Positions 10,606 through 19,924 of a DNA stretch of 64,000 nt are shown here, piece by piece. This stretch comes from Eledone cirrhosa (lineage: Eukaryota), in the NCBI GenBank assembly GCA_964016885.1, contig OZ024742.1, positions 15,500,001 through 15,564,000 on the forward strand, given 5' to 3'. Both the position numbers and the translations under genes were made by a program. Numbering within the stretch: the first letter of the stretch is position 1; each line of letters begins with the position of its first letter. The notes under the pieces were generated by a model, which was not told where the DNA came from, ran no database searches, and worked only from the letters and a program-made list of their open reading frames with translations.

Positions 10606-10738
10606 TTGCATCAAAGAGTTACGGCCCTTTATGGTCCGAGTTAACTTTGCTTTTCATCCTTACGGAGTCGATAAAATAAAGCACCAGTAATACCTGCGGT
10701 AATTGCTGGCCTTGTGCCAAAAGTAGAAACAATTATTA
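10568..10738 (+). mobile_element. SINE family A copy lacking the B box
   Basis: Matches the other copies, but the GAGTTCAAATCCCGCCGAGG segment is collapsed near 10638. Confidence 0.85.
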
Positions 10739-10745
10739 TATTTCT

Positions 10746-10933
10746 TGGATTGGCAGTATCGGTAGAGAATCGGACACCATGCTTTGCAGCATAGAGTTAC
10801 GCCCCTTTACGATCTGAGTTCAAATCCCGCCGAGGTTAACTTTGCCTTTCATCCTTATGAGGTCGATAAAATAAAGTACCAGTAATACACGGTGGTAATT
10901 GCTGGCCTTGTGCCAAAAGTAGAAACAATTATT
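10746..10933 (+). mobile_element. SINE family A inserted in the tail of the preceding SINE
   Basis: A and B boxes intact. ATTATTATATTTCTT duplicated at 10732-10746 and 10928-10942. Confidence 0.92.
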
Positions 10934-11204
10934 ATATTTCTTTTTATACGTAAATACGGCTAGAAACTTAATCTGTCACCCAGACGCTTTTATAAGAAGC
11001 AAATCCGTCAATTTAGACTATAATATTTTGTAAATTAAATCAAGATTTATCGTTTGTTGATCTAAATTGAAAATATTAATTGGAGAGATTTGTTTGATTA
11101 AATATGTAGACCAGCATCTTCTTTTTACCACCCATCGTTGATTGTACTTCATTGTCACCTTTTACACACTTTACAATACTTTCCAAGATGTTTTATAATT
11201 TGAC

Positions 11205-11452
11205 GTTCACATACACACATAAATATATTTACACAATACAAATAAACACACTCACACATATACATACACTAACACATATATACATACACAAACACCCATA
11301 CAAACACAATTACACACACAAAAAAAATAAATACACATATATATACACAAACACCCATACAAACACAATTATAGACACAAAACAAATAAATACACACACA
11401 TACATACATAAACATAAACACCCATACAAACAAATAAACACATACACACACA
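11205..11452. repeat. Degenerate (CA)/(TA) low-complexity repeat
   Basis: ACAC/ATAC-rich, with recurrent CAAACACCCATACAAACAC. Confidence 0.85.
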
Positions 11453-11454
11453 TA

Positions 11455-11855
11455 GTCACTCCGGGTAGAACCGCTACTTCTCTGAATTGAGAGATCACAG
11501 CTCTGAAACTATGGACATGTGGTTAGAATGTCCCAGGAAAGAATCGTTGGACAGATTTTACGGGCAAAACCAACCGACAGGACACCCAGGGGTAGACCCC
11601 GAATAAGATGGTTGGATAACATCCATGAGCTTGGTTGATCTCACTTGGAGACTGTGCTGGTTCTGACACCCAGGGGTAGACCCCGAGCAAGATGGTTGGA
11701 TAACATCCATGAGTTTGACTGGTCTCACTTAGGGATCCAACCAGATCAATTGGAGACGGTTGCTTCTGATAAGACCCGCTGGAAGGAGTGTTTGAGGACT
11801 CTGGCCCCACGACCCTCTCAGAAATAAGTGGGTGAAGAAGGAGGAAGAAGAAGAT
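11455..11855 (+). mobile_element. 3' fragment of a second RTE family with internal duplication and (GAA)n-like tail
   Basis: Degenerate translation LRVEPLLL*IERSQL*NYGHVVRM...PRGRPRIRWLDNIH. GACACCCAGGGGTAGACCCCGA duplicated at 11581 and 11666. Confidence 0.8.
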
Positions 11856-12198
11856 GTGCCTGTTCATTAGATAAGTTGTATATAGGTATATATTCTACTA
11901 TTTAGACAGAGTTGACTGTAGTTTTTTCCGTTCACCTATATTACATAAGTGAAGTTATACTAAATGAACAGTGCAAACGTCTACCACAAAAAAGATTAAC
12001 TATATTGCGCTGTGTGGAACTAATAAACTACATTGTACTGTAAATGGCTTGTGTAGAACTAATAACGAAACTATTTCATCTTTCTTCATTAAATTTCTAC
12101 GTATACGATTGGCAACTTTCGACGGAGGCTGTGAAACAGAATAGCTTATTGGTTTGTATAGTAACTTGCTATACACAACAGCATTATTTGTATATGAG

Positions 12199-12358
12199 GG
12201 TGGTGAATTGGCAGTATCGGTAGAGTTACGCCCCTTTATGATCTGAGTTCAAATCCCGCCGAGGTTAACTTTGCCTTTCATCCTTATGGGGTCGATAAAA
12301 TAAAGTACCAGTAATGCACTGGGTAATTGCTGGTCTTGTGCCAAAAGTAGAAACAATT
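12199..12358 (+). mobile_element. SINE family A with internal deletion and 16-bp TSD
   Basis: A and B boxes present; deletion between two TAGAG motifs. TSD ATTATTTGTATATGAG at 12183-12198 and 12356-12371. Confidence 0.92.
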
Positions 12359-12495
12359 ATTTGTATATGAGATAATTGAATGATAATACATGTATTTACG
12401 TGTGTGGCGTGTCTTTGTGTACATTTGTAGAAATACGTGTAAATATGATGGCACTGATGTGTATGTCCTTCTTACGTCATTGTTCTTATTGTTTA

Positions 12496-12645
12496 GGAAG
12501 ACGTGTGGCTTTGTGGTTAGGATATTAGGTTTACAATCGTAAGGTCGTGAGTTCGATTCCCGGCAGCACGTTGTGTCCTTGAGCAAGATACTTTATTTCA
12601 CTTTGCTCCAATCCACTCAGTTGGCAAAAATAAGTTGTACTTTTA
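12496..12645 (+). mobile_element. tRNA-derived SINE (family B) with CORE-like domain
   Basis: A box TGGCTTTGTGG, B box GTTCGATTCC (12551-12560), then TGTGTCCTTGAGCAAGATACTTTA resembling the CORE-SINE core. Confidence 0.8.
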
Positions 12646-12789
12646 ATTCGAAGGCGGTCATCCTGACCTGCAACGGCCGGCACTGACCGCCTTCGGGTCT
12701 TAAACATTTCTCTCTGCTTTTCAGCCTCTTGGATTGTGTTTACCATCATTCCTTTATTATATTCCTTTATTAGATAACTTTTATACAAT

Positions 12790-12851
12790 AAACACCTGAT
12801 GATGTCACCAGGAACCTACGGAACCTGGTCATTGAAATGTGCATAGTATTT
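12790..12851 (+). ncRNA. Type I hammerhead motif followed by AATAAA (solo PLE pseudo-LTR-like)
   Basis: AAACAC-CUGAUGA-(ACCAGG/CCUGGU stem II)-GAAA-UGUGCAU-A-GUAUUU. One mismatch in stem I. AATAAA at 12854. Confidence 0.6.
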
Positions 12852-13122
12852 GTAATAAATCTTTGAAGGAATTTCACCAGTCCAACCTCCTGTCATTTTA
12901 TAATAATTAACTCCGTTCTCGCACCACCAACAAGATTCAACATAAACGAAGATGGATGAGTTGCATAACGTCGAGTGCTTTTCCTAATCTACATCATGGT
13001 TGACTATACGGAATGACCAGTTCTATCAGTGGTGAACTAACAAACCTAAATGTATATATATATATATATATATATATATTAATTCAAAATATTAACAAAA
13101 TAGATATTCTTGTGATCAATTA

Positions 13123-13189
13123 TATTTTATTATACATATTTCAGAGGTACTGAATTAAGTTCAACAGTACGTCCTCATCAGATAAAATA
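13123..13189 (-). ncRNA. Minimal type I hammerhead ribozyme
   Basis: UAUUUUAU-CUGAUGA-GGACGUACUG...CAGUACCUCU-GAAA-UAUGUAU-A-AUAAAAUA. Perfect 8-bp stem I, 9/10-bp stem II, self-complementary stem III. Confidence 0.82.
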
Positions 13190-13271
13190 AGATGATGCAT
13201 GACATACCCTGACATAGTAGATGGTTAAGATTCAGTCATGGTAGTATTCATTGAACCTTGTTTAAGTTGAA

Positions 13272-13304
<33 letters not shown>

Positions 13305-13387
13305 TTATATATGTAAATCCCGGGTGAAATCGGGAGTAACCACAGTAAATAAGGTCCTCACTATATAAGTAGATTGAGAACAACGAA

Positions 13388-13464
13388 ATTTAATATAGAA
13401 ATGGCTTCTACAGGACTACGAATGAAACAGTTCTAGTCCAGTAGAAGCCATTTCTATATTAAAT
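13388..13464. repeat. Inverted repeat, 31-bp arms, 15-bp spacer
   Basis: 13388-13418 is the reverse complement of 13434-13464 with one mismatch. Confidence 0.92.
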
Positions 13465-13481
13465 CCTACCCCCTCTCTCTC

Positions 13482-13518
<37 letters not shown>

Positions 13519-13737
13519 GTTTGAATATGTGTAATAAGGCCAAAACAATGCAGGTATGGACATAGAAAAAAGGAATGCAATAGTAAAAGATATTGATGAG
13601 AATTCGTCTTTCACCTTGAATTTATTTAAATGTCCTTAATTTTCGAGATAATATCTCTTCTTCGGAGGGAAGTAAAGGTCTCAAACCAGCGTCTTAAATC
13701 TCTAGCCAAGCCATGCTGACCGGAAATAGTATAGAGC

Positions 13738-14554
13738 ATGGACGCCAGTATAAAGTTCAGCATGGAACACCCCGATGACCGCGGATCCCTATCCCTACTG
13801 GACTTCCAACTCAGGGTAACAGAGGAAGGCAACATCCACACCTGCTTCTATAAAAAATCCGCCAGCAGGGACCTGTTCGTACATTTCAGATCGGCCCTCC
13901 CACTCGGTGCCAAGTTCGGATACATAAAGAACGAACTGGCACGTATCAAGAACAAATGCACCGAAGCCAGAGACCGAGACACACACACCACACATTTCCT
14001 GGAAGTACTCAAACTGAACGGATACACGACATCCACCACAAACCGTGCCAGAAAGAACAGAGGACACCACACCCGAGGCACTAACACTTGCTTCCTGAAG
14101 CTCCCACACTTCAGTGAAGAAACAACAACAGCCATTCGCAGAGCCATCAGACGAGAGGGACTGGATATCCAACTGGCCCACTCGGGTCCTTCTCTGCGCG
14201 GACGGCTGGCCAAGAGACACTCCACCTGACATGACAACTGCTGCAGACTAGCCAACTGCCCCATCAACGACACAGACCTATGCCACCAGGCTTACGTAGT
14301 ATACAGACTAGAGTGTGACAAATGCAACAACTTCTACGTAGGTAGCACCACCAGACCACTCCACATAAGAATAAAAGAACACCTCAATACTAACGCCTCC
14401 TCATTTAAGAAACACCGATAAAAACATAACAGTTAGGATAGAAACTAAGGAAAGAAACCTCGGCAATCTTAGAATTAAGGAAGCACTTATTATAGATAAA
14501 ACACATCCACCAATCAATAATAGACTAGAGCTCAACACCCAATTTATAACCTGA
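13738..14554 (+). pseudogene. PLE RT C-terminus plus GIY-YIG endonuclease, disrupted
   Basis: IKFSME...LSLLD...FYKK...HFRSALP, in-frame TGA at 14227, then VVYRLECDKC..FYVGSTTRPLHIRIKEH, a stop/frameshift near 14420, then LRIKEALII...PPIN. Confidence 0.88.
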
Positions 14555-14950
14555 TAGGGCCTCTAGCCCCATATTTACACACCCCACACACACGCACGCG
14601 CACACACACACGCTTACACCTCCACTTATTCTCTCTCACACATACACACACAAAACCAGTTCTAACACCAGATAACACCTACCCCCCACTTTTACGATTA
14701 GACCTATCTTCCCACACTCACACACACACACACCCACATACCTACACCTTCATGCATTCTCCCACACACATATACAGGCACGTATATAAAATTAAAAAAA
14801 ACCCCTAAACAAACCCCTCTTAAAGGGAGACTACTCTTTATCCACCTAATTTTAATTCTTTGATATTAGAGTTAGAACAGATACTCTATACTATTTCCGG
14901 TCAGCATGGCTTGGCTAGAGATTTAAGACGCTGGTTTGAGACCTTTACTT

Positions 14951-14988
14951 CCCTCCGAAGAAGAGATATTATCTCGAAAATTAAGGAC
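14951..14988 (+). ncRNA. Variant hammerhead-like motif (CCGAAGA core); inverted copy at ~13633-13669
   Basis: CCU-CCGAAGA-A-GAGAU-AUU-AUCUC-GAAA-AUU-A-AGG, then AATAAA at 14994. Core position U4 is C. Confidence 0.42.
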
Positions 14989-15167
14989 ATTTAAATAAAT
15001 TCAAGGTGAAAGACGACGAATTCTCATCAATATCTTTTACTATTGCATTCCTTTTTTCTATGTCCATACCTGCATTGTTTGGGCCTTATTACACATATTC
15101 AAACGTTTATACCTCATTACACAATGCTTCAAGTGAACTATAACCTCCTCCATATATATATATATAT

Positions 15168-15560
15168 GTAACAAAGGAAGTGTGGTAAGGAACCAGGTGG
15201 ACCATAACGTACCAGAGTACTCGATACTTTGGGTAGTAGAGTGGGTAATAGGAAAAGAGTCAGGACCCCGACAGCTGAGCTCCGGCCGTTTCGACACCTA
15301 GTTTTGAACGTAGTGGAGCACTTTTCGACCCATACCACAGCCATATCCCGACATTTCTACCAAGCTCCAGTTTCTTACTTGAACTACCTACCATGCGAAA
15401 ACGTACTTTTGCACCAAGAACATTCCAGTTCCACCGAGAAAACTTTACCTACGGATGGTCACGCAGAAAATCGACTTGTTTGTGAAAAGATTGAGACAGT
15501 TCAGAACTAGCTGTCGAAACGGCCGCAGCTCAGCCGTCGGGTTTCTGACTCTCTTCCTAT
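15168..15560 (-). mobile_element. Short fold-back element (family C)
   Basis: Imperfect inverted repeat 15249-15310 vs 15499-15560 plus an ~80-bp unpaired tail at (TA)n. Homologous to 16214-16423. Confidence 0.7.
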
Positions 15561-16185
15561 CTATGTATATATAAACATTTTAGTACAGCATTGACGAAGC
15601 TTTAGAACACGGCCAAGCTAGCGTATATGCATAATCGGTCTGTAGCTTGAGCACTCAGATGAGGAAAGACCCCAGAGTAATAATATTACGTTCAGACAGC
15701 TTAGCAAATCAGATATAGCGGTCGGCAGTCCAGCCGCATCACTAGAGCAGCGAAAATACAGGACCCAGGAAAAGATTTTATACTGACCCGGACATAGCAG
15801 TGAGGCTGAGTGCAAAATATATAACTTACATCGTATATCAACAATATACATCACATATAGCATCCAACATCAGAGCTAAGTTTCTGCAAATCCAAGATCG
15901 ACAAATTCCTATTGCAGGAATCTGCACTATAATGGTTTTTGACGACAGAACATAGGATTTACTTCTTCAGCAAGTCTTTCGTTTTTAGCCTGAGCGGGTA
16001 TGTTGTAGCTTTAAATGTCGCCACAGACACGTGGTTTACTCCAAGGGAGGTAACCCCCACTTAGGCGGTGAATTCTAATTTGAGATAAAGGAATGAATCC
16101 CTTTAGACAAACCGAATAAAGCACTCAACCAGAAGTTATCAAACAAACATAAAGAATTAATCAATCAATAGAATCATCTAATTAA

Positions 16186-16213
<28 letters not shown>

Positions 16214-16216
<3 letters not shown>

Positions 16217-16420
16217 GGAAAAAGTATGACCCCGAAGGCAGAGCTCAATCCGTTTCGACGGCTATTTCTGGACTCAATCAAAGAGTCCAGAAATAGCCGT
16301 CGAAACGGCTTGAGCTCTGCCGTCGGGGTTATACTTTTTCCTATTTCTCACTCTACTACTCTAATTATTGAGTGCTCTGGTGCGTTATGGTCCGCCTGGT
16401 TCCTTACCACAATTCCTTTG

Positions 16421-16423
<3 letters not shown>
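16214..16423 (+). mobile_element. Short fold-back element (family C), 62-bp arms
   Basis: 16214-16275 vs 16283-16344 with about 3 mismatches and a 7-bp loop, then a tail. (TA)n on both sides. Confidence 0.75.
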
Positions 16424-16465
<42 letters not shown>

Positions 16466-16468
<3 letters not shown>

Positions 16469-16708
16469 ATAACTAGAAATTGATTAACATATAAATATAC
16501 ATGAATAATCACAGGAGATAATTTTTACACGCGTGTAACCACGCATAGCTAGTTTGGGTAATAATTAAATTTATACCTTTAAGTATGATACTTAAAGGTA
16601 TAAATTTAATTATTACCCAAACTAGCTATGCGTGGTTACACGCGTGTAAAAATTATCTCCTGTGATTATTCATGTATATTTATATGTTAATCAATTTCTA
16701 GTTATTAT
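16466..16708. repeat. 243-bp palindrome (121-bp arms, 1-nt centre at 16587)
   Basis: Arms are reverse complements, no mismatch seen by eye. Confidence 0.93.
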
Positions 16709-16820
16709 AAAATGCTCGGATTTATCTTTGAGCTTATTTCCAGGCGATATGGCGCTTGCCGTTATGACATGACACCCACAATTTTGATTTAGATTAAATT
16801 CATTTAATTTATCTTAATTT

Positions 16821-16821
<1 letters not shown>

Positions 16822-16872
<51 letters not shown>

Positions 16873-17431
16873 GATAATGATATCTGCGAGAAGCTATTGT
16901 ATAAAAGCCTGTGAAGCAGGTGACTCAAACCTATTTATTAGAATGGCAACTAACTATATAAATATATATATATATATATATGTGTGTGTGGGTATTTTTG
17001 TGTACATGTACATTTACATGTGTGTGTATGTGTGTGTGCGTGCGTCTGTGTTAGTGTCTATGTGTGTTTGTGTATCTCTGTGCCTGTGTTAGTGTGTTAG
17101 TGTGTATGTGTGTGTGTGTGCCTGTGTATGTGTGTGTGTGGCTATGTCAGTGTGTTGGTGTGTATGTGTGTGTGTATGTGCCTGTCTCAGTGTGTATGTG
17201 TGTATGTGTCAGTGTATATGTGTGTATGTGTGTGTGCCTGTCTCAGTGTGTATGTGTGTATGTGTCAGTGTATATGTGTGTATGTGTGTGTGTATGTGTC
17301 AGTGTCTGTGTGTATGTGTGTATGTGTCAGTGTATATGTGTGTATGTGTGTGTATGTGTCAGTGTCTGTGTGTATGTATGTATGTGTGTGTGTGTATGTG
17401 TCAGTGTGTATGTGTGTATGTGTGTGTGTGT
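16822..17431. repeat. (TA)n plus compound (TG)n/(TGTA)n repeat tract
   Basis: TA runs followed by a TG-rich tract with recurrent GTCAG interruptions. Confidence 0.92.
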
Positions 17432-17770
17432 AGACGAGTATGTTATCAATCAAAGAGTCACTTGTACTAAATTACAACAGTAACCAGCTCCAACAAGAGA
17501 CAGAAAGTGACATTCAACTGGAAGGATGGGGGGGGGGGATTAACATTTCAGAGTGTAAAAATCTAATGGGACTCCAACTGCTGTTTATGATGGATTATCT
17601 TTCACAACAATCGATACATCTTTGTAAACAACATTAGTGTGTGTGATTGGAGGGAAAATTTGTTGCTATTTCTAGCATCTGTCGTTGACTTAGTTCTTGT
17701 TTGTTTTTGTATTGATATATTTTGTGATGTATCATCTTTCACAGCAAGTAATAAATCTTTGTAGAAAGAA

Positions 17771-17925
17771 GAACAACACCACCACCAACAACAACAACAA
17801 CATCATCAACACCACCACCACCACCACCACCACCAACAACAACAACAAGAAAAAACGAAACGAAAAAAATACCAAAACACAAAGCCCCCCCCCCCCCCCC
17901 CCTCCCAATCAACAAAACAACAACA
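17771..17925. repeat. (CAA)n/(CAC)n microsatellites and poly-C
   Basis: Directly visible. Confidence 0.9.
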
Positions 17926-17981
17926 ACTGCAATTTAACCTAAATAAAACATCAGAATAATTAAATGAAACCAAATACCTAA

Positions 17982-18439
17982 TATGGTGAGTAGGGAGGTG
18001 GCCCTAGGGCCAAGGACACCAGAAGTCTCCTCTACTATGGGGGGGGGGGGGGTCGATGGTGGTGAGTAGGAAGGTGGTCCTAGGGCAAAGGACACCAGAA
18101 GCCGATGGTGGTAAGTAGGGAGGTGGTCCTAGGGCCAAGGACACCAGAGCTCTCCACTGCTACGGGGTGCCGATTGTGGTAAGTAGGGAGGTAGCCCTAG
18201 GGTCAAGGACACCAGAGGTCGCCACAGCTACGGGGTGCCGATTGTGGTAAGTAGGGAGGTAGCCCTAGGGTCAAGGACACCAGAGGTCGCCACTGCTATG
18301 GAGCGCCGATGGTAGTGAGTAGGGAGGTGGCCCTAGGGCCAAGGACACCAGAGGTTGCCACTGTTATGGGGTGCTGATGGTAGTGAGTAGGGAGGTGGTC
18401 CTAGGGCCATAGACACCAGAGGTCGCCACTCCTACTCAC
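17982..18439. repeat. G-rich 68-bp minisatellite, about 7 units
   Basis: AGTAGGGAGGTGGCCCTAGGGCCAAGGACACCAGA recurs with 68-bp spacing (for example 18182, 18250, 18318, 18386). Confidence 0.9.
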
Positions 18440-18584
18440 AAGTGTGAACCTCGCGAGTTGGAATGGCTCTTCCAATGCATCTCCCTCCTCCTCCTCCTGG
18501 GAAACGCCTTCTCTATTCTGTTAGCCAGGGCCGCTGGGTGGTGTGTGCGCGTGGAAAAAAATCTGAAAAATTAATAAGGTAGAT

Positions 18585-18850
18585 CCCTAAGTGAGACCAC
18601 CCAAGCTCATGGATGTTATCCAACCATCTTGCTCAGCGTCTACCCCTGGGTCTCCTGCCGGCTGGTTTTGCTCGAAAAATCTATCCAGCGATTCTTTCCT
18701 GAGGCATTCTAACCCGTAGTATCGGAGCTGTGATCTCTCAATTTGGAGAAGTAGAGGCTCTACCTAGAGTGACTCTCTGATCTCAGAGCTACAGATCTGT
18801 CCAGAGGTTCTTTCCTGAGGCATTCTAACCCCATGTCCGTAGTATCGAGG
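18585..18850 (-). mobile_element. RTE fragment of the same family as 11455-11855
   Basis: Reverse-complement match including ATGGATGTTATCCAACCATCTT, TCTACCCCTGGG and GCTGTGATCTCTCAATT. Confidence 0.8.
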
Positions 18851-19383
18851 CCTGTTCCAAAAATATATTGCAGTCTCCATTTCATGCCACAAAAATAGGT
18901 GATGGGCCTGCGACCTGTCCTGGGAGGCGTGGAATGGATGTACAAAGAATAGGTATCTCAAGATCCCAGAGAGGGTTCGGAAGGGAGCAAATCTTGACAA
19001 TTATTTTGATCCAGTATTTTAAATACAAACACACACGCAGCTTCTCCAGCAATACTTTCAACATAAAATGGTTTGGTCATATCATTCCATCCACCTTTCG
19101 TTGGATTCTTGCTTCTTCTTCAGTCGTATTTCTATTTCCGTTTATAAATAGTTCCTTTGATATTGAAAACAAAGTCCATGGCAAAAACAGATAAACTTGA
19201 ATCATCGAACCATTCGATATAGAGTGAGAATATGTTTTTGATGTCAAATTGTGTGTTAGGCGTGACGTAGCATCTTGTTTCAGAACATATCTCACCTTTA
19301 CCCTCAACATCTTTTATCAACATGTTACTTTTTATTTTGGAAGAAGATTTATTACAGCGTTTTAAATTATATTTTTGTTGTAA

Positions 19384-19433
19384 GAGAGAGAGAGAGAGAT
19401 TGAGAGAGAGGGATGGAGAGATGGAGAGAGAGA

Positions 19434-19497
<64 letters not shown>

Positions 19498-19743
19498 CTG
19501 ACGCTATTTTCCACTGGTTTCGAGTTTCAATAAAACCAAATAAAAAATAAACTAAAGACATCACAAAAACAATAGAAACAAAACAACAAACACAACAGAA
19601 AAAAAATAAAAACACACACACACACACACAGACACTCTCACACGCACACATATATACACACACACTCGCACACACACTCACATACACACATACACACTCA
19701 CACAAAGACTCCCTCACACATACACAAACACACACACAAAAGA

Positions 19744-19803
<60 letters not shown>

Positions 19804-19820
19804 AACACGCACACACACAC
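19384..19820. repeat. (GA)n, (CA)n and (CT)n microsatellite cluster
   Basis: GA at ~19384-19494, CA at ~19611-19737, CT at ~19744-19800. Confidence 0.95.
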
Positions 19821-19924
19821 GCATTAATATACAAAATCCCGGTACTATTGTGACTAAACTAATCTATTTTCATCATCCAATTTCCGTTTCTCGAAATAAT
19901 CAACTTTACCTGCAGAGGGGAGGC

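Larger units (their letters stand above)
13514..15152 (+). mobile_element. Penelope-like element (EN+), 5'-truncated, with inverted pseudo-LTR
   Basis: 13514-13736 is the reverse complement of 14884-15110. RT and GIY-YIG remnant lies between. (TA)n on both flanks. Confidence 0.9.

Noticed and set aside
10168-10690. Repeat-protein ORFs (RWIGSIGRGSDAVLG)n on both strands
   Set aside because: By-product of a 45-bp stop-free SINE-head repeat
12496-12570. tRNA gene
   Set aside because: A and B boxes are present, but there is no convincing acceptor stem and it continues into a CORE-like SINE body
14227-14229. In-frame TGA in the PLE as selenocysteine (as reported for Naiad PLEs)
   Set aside because: Not obviously at a conserved Cys, CGA-to-TGA decay is simpler, the copy has further lesions, and no SECIS was recognised
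15270-15330. Hammerhead in fold-back family C (CGAAAC motif)
   Set aside because: No CUGANGA found and no A-U/NUH arrangement
15565-16190. Unassigned ~620-bp segment between TA-rich runs
   Set aside because: No ORF, repeat or motif I can support; needs a database search
17064-17483. Cys/Val-rich ORFs here and at 3642-4184, 11152-11498 and 19367-19735
   Set aside because: Translations of microsatellite or low-complexity DNA
18868-19330. Possible host exon(s)
   Set aside because: Short ORFs with no recognisable motif or supportable splice sites
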